Made by a program: the position numbers and the translations under genes. From the NCBI RefSeq assembly GCF_964355755.1, contig NC_092674.1:8680001-8744000 (forward strand): a stretch of 64,000 nucleotides of DNA, written 5' to 3'. Below the pieces are notes generated by a model. The model did not search any database, had not been told where the DNA came from, and saw nothing but the letters and a program-made list of their open reading frames with translations. Shown here piece by piece: positions 59,906 to 64,000 of the stretch (position 1 is its first letter; every line of letters begins with the position of its first letter). The stretch comes from Antedon mediterranea. Lineage: Eukaryota > Animalia > Echinodermata.

Positions 59906-62900
59906 CATTTGTCACATTTGTATTTTTGAGCAACTGTTTTAGCTTAATCAGATGAGGTGTGCATGTTTCAAATGAGGTCATAATTTATTAACCTACCCTG
60001 TATTTAAAGACCTTTAATAAAATCAATTAATTTTCATCTCGACGCCTGAAATTAATTATTGGTAAAACCTGTAGTACACCTGACTATTAACAGCTCAGTA
60101 CATGTGGTGTTTGCCTCCAGTAATTAAAAAGCAATTTAACAATTTAAAGTCGTTTTTTCTGATTCTTGTGTTAACATAAAAATAATTATTTGGTATACCA
60201 ATTTGTAGATTAATTATTGTGCTTCTGTAGATCAAACTAGCATGTGATATTGGTTCTTTTTTTCTTTTCTGTGCCATTGTATCTTTAGACAAGATATTCC
60301 AATTGCCTTGTCCTTCGGTTTGGACATAAATCTGTTGGTCATGTGTACATACATTGCTTGTGTGCACAATACTAAAGTACATTGTCTTTGAAAAGAGAAG
60401 TGGTCGCACTCTGTGCGCTGATCATGGTCCTGTATACTTGGCCCTCTAGGATTTAGTACATACTAAAGAAGTCACCCAGAAAGAAAATAAAGTAGAAATA
60501 AAATTATTGGAATTGATGATACATCAAAATATCTCTGTCTATAAATTAATTCCAAGTTTTTTTTTCTACTCTACTTTACTGTAAAATAAGATAATGTCAT
60601 TTTTCCGCATTTTTAAAGACAGTCTATTAAATGTTTAAAACCATTACAGTTTCCTGGAAAACTCAAAACCACATGGGACTGTTTTTAAATCTTTCTGTTT
60701 TATTTTATTTGATGGTCGGAACAGAACAGTACAGTAAGGTTATTAATGTTCCAATGGCAGGGTAATTATCTTGGTCACGTTAGCATCTACATCCTGAATT
60801 GGATTTCAAAACAGCAACAATATTTTGAGGTCACCAAATAAACCCATATGTTAAAATACAGTACAGCATATGATGGCTTATTGTGGTGAATGAGTGATTA
60901 CCAGGGCGTTTTTCTATTTACGATGACCAAACTAGTACTGTACGTCATGTTAGTACATTGTGCACATGCCGGAATATTTCTCACTCCTCAACACAGGTTC
61001 CATGGATTCTAGGTCCAATGACGACTGGCAACACATTAATTGACCTAGGTTGTTGGTCTGCCTAATATTGTGTACTGTACAGGATTTATTAGAATTTCAA
61101 TCAATTGGGGACCTTGGGTCCTGCAAAGGATCTGGTTTTTTCTCTTCCTACAGTACAGTAATAGTAATACAGAAAATATTCTGATTCATTTTTCTTGGCA
61201 GCTGATTTTACTGTATCTCACTAGTAATTGCCAAAAAATCTTAAACTGTATAGGATTCATGGTTCATTAAAACTCAGAGGAGACATTGGTGATAAATTAA
61301 CTTTATACAGTACAATCACAGACAAGTGAAAGCTGTGAGATAGTGACCACAGAAATGCAGACTTCAATTACCTGCTGGTATAGTACTCCTTTAAATAGCT
61401 GCAGAATGTTATAAACATTCCAATGTTTTTAAATTAATTTGATAAATGACCAATGGCTAAATAAAATAGATTAATGCACATTTTTCCAGACCTACAGAAA
61501 ACATTAGAAACTTTACATCATAGTCGTAATAAATAGAATAGGTGGCAACTTTCAATGTTGTTGGTTTTGATGAAATAAAAAGAAAAAATATTTTAAAAAA
61601 AAGAATAAAACATTTTAATGAAATTTTCACATAGTCTGATCAAATGATGTGATGATAAGAACGAATAAAATCATTAAATTGTTGTTTGTACCAGTACAGT
61701 ACTAACTGTATTAGTATCGGCCATTGGTGGTGCTAGCGAGATGCTAACTTCCTTCTCCCTCTTCTCCAACTCTAGTCTATTCCTTCATTAAACATACAGT
61801 ACAATATTGTATGCCGAGGGCTTTAGAAACTTTAACATAGTGCCAGTACATTAACCTGTGCTGGATGCGTACACTGAACTGAATACCGTACTTTAGACTG
61901 TAGCTGCTATTTAAGGGCTAAACATACTTTTTAAATTCACAATGCTACAGTATGTTTGAGTTGGCCGATTGCCTGTTTCTTGTTTTCAAGGTCATCGACC
62001 GTTTTGAAGTTTGTGTTTTGTTCATTCCATTCCAGCCACCAGCACATTAGGATAACTTGAACTGGATGTGGTTAATGTGTTCAGGACAGACTAAAACAAG
62101 ATGTTTGTTTGTATATTTTTGTTACCCCATGATAATTCCTTTGGCAAATAAATATTGTGGGAAAAAGTGTGTGTGTTTACAGTACTGATCAGAGGTAAAA
62201 GTAGTTGACAGAAGTTGCTGAAGAGAGTGAACACAAATTTTAAACTATAAAACATTTCAATACACTTTAAAAAAAAAATCTTATATTGATTGATCGATTG
62301 GTGTTTATTTCAGTTATCTGCAAAGTAAATTATTGCCTATACTGTAGGTAACCACCACAAGTTTGTAAATTTTACAAACATAATGAAACAATTGTATGTA
62401 GAGTGTGAAAGGATTCTGTAGGCTGGCAAAAACACTTTTACAATACTGACTGCATTTTCTGTGTGAAACGTACACTACCCTACCCAATTTGGATGTTACG
62501 CAACGATGTTCTATACAACAAAAGTAAGTTGCCACATCAAAACTGGCAGTTCAGATGAACTGTCGTCTTGTAACAGTACAGTAATGTGTATTGACAAACT
62601 CATGTTTATAAATATTTTCAGTAGTTTACTGTACACTATCCTAGTGGGTAATTTTTGTTGATTATAGATTTTGTTTACTGATACAGTATACAAATTTAAA
62701 AGAGATTACTATACTAATACTACTATGTTAATCAAACTATTATTGGCTAGGTGAATTCATTAACCTAAAAATGTAGTTTATTATCGCACACAATGACATT
62801 CTGGTTTCTACTGGAAGTTTAATGTGATTTGTTAACCCATTTTATAGTGTTCCCAAATGACTAAATGGTCGTTTAAGATTGTCTTAGCAGAATAACCTGT

Positions 62901-63734
62901 GATTTGTATGTCAATACATAATAAGGTACTGTAAACGGTAAACAATGTATTCAAATTAATAGCATGAATTATTCCTGATAATAATGTATCTAAATTAGTG
63001 AGCCTCATGAATAATTCATGAGTTTTTAAAAGTAATTATCTGTAGTGAGAACACCTTCTTTGATCTAACCGATGAGATTGTTCTTTTTGGAGATATTGTT
63101 GTTTTGTGGTTACTTTACATGTAAAAACGACTTCAGATTTTATCAGTAATAATGTAAGCTCCTAAAAGTATTACTTTAATTAAGACCTGAATATTTTTTC
63201 ATTCTTTAATTTTAATCTGTCTTATTGCCTTATTCCTTAAAATGCATGCATAATTCAATGTATAATTCATGATTTAATTTGAAAAATTTGTATTACTTGC
63301 TTTCAGTACAATACTATATTACTTCAATACTACCAAGGGAACTATAACTTGGTATAAGATTATGTCATTGTATTGTTCTAATCAGGAGCTAAATGAATGC
63401 ATTATGACAAGAAGTGGTTTCCGTTTTGGATAAAAGGACTTGATGAAAGATGGAAATTTACATTGTCTACCGGTAATTCTTTTAATAGACTGCAGTACTT
63501 CCACTCGACCATAGGAAACAATTTATTTTTGAATAATGGAAGCTTTTTTCGTGTAGCTTTATCAATGAAGTTAATAAATTATGCATGCAATAATTATAAT
63601 TATGAATTTTTTAAATTCTCCATCAATTATCTATTGTTAGTACCATTAATTTAATTTTGGGAGATTACCATAAGTACTATGAGTTGGACTATATGCATGA
63701 TTTTGGGGTATTGCTATAAAACACCGCAAACCCC

Positions 63735-64000
63735 GCAAACCCCCGCAAACCTCCAAAAAAAACATAGCAAACCCCATCGAACCAACATAAAAGTGATTGA
63801 ATCATGTACAGTAGTGTACAACCCACTGGGTATATCCATGTAAAATAATACATTTTTACTGTTAACTGATTATTTTTGGGGTAAAACATCATTTTTTGGT
63901 CAAAAATGATTGCTAAACCCTGCAAACCTCCAAAAAAATATAGCAAACCCCATCGAACCAACATAAAAGTGATTGAATCATGTAGTGTACAACCCACTGG
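63735..64000. repeat. ~175-bp tandem repeat running off the window end
   Basis: gcaaacctccaaaaaaa..tagcaaaccccatcgaaccaacataaaagtgattgaatcatgta..caacccactgg occurs twice. Confidence 0.8.

Noticed and set aside
59687-59942. Repetitive LQYLPPS ORFs
   Set aside because: Translation of a 21-bp minisatellite.
57184-63997. Short ORFs in the last 7 kb
   Set aside because: No recognisable domains and low-complexity AT-rich composition; probably intron or intergenic sequence.

Overview
AT-rich, intron-containing metazoan genomic DNA, probably from an invertebrate. Bases ~1.3-31.5 kb hold a multi-exon RanBP2/Nup358 gene on the + strand whose first exon could not be located. Its domain order is TPR/alpha-helical N-terminus, Pro/FG region, IR-type SUMO-E3 motif, RanBD1, two RanBP2-type zinc fingers, RanBD2, acidic tract, RanBD3; there is no cyclophilin domain. 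Its introns are packed with non-autonomous DNA transposons, SINEs, a deleted Gypsy element and an 80-bp minisatellite. Directly downstream (~33-54.4 kb) is a tandem cluster in which intronless TRIM (RING/B-box/B-box/coiled-coil) modules are fused in frame to pieces of the neighbouring RanBP2 gene. An older type joins the RBCC to a strongly diverged Ran-binding domain (two copies, both with lesions here). A young type is an intact 727-codon ORF joining the RBCC to the RanBP2 Pro/FG exon, followed by copies of the IR, RanBD1 and ZnF exons. Perfect NF-kB motifs lie upstream of the TRIM copies. The most interesting inference is a TRIMCyp-like 'TRIM-nucleoporin decoy' family in active birth-and-death evolution. 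The last ~9 kb is non-coding and may contain the 5' end of another gene. All coordinates and alignments were made by eye.
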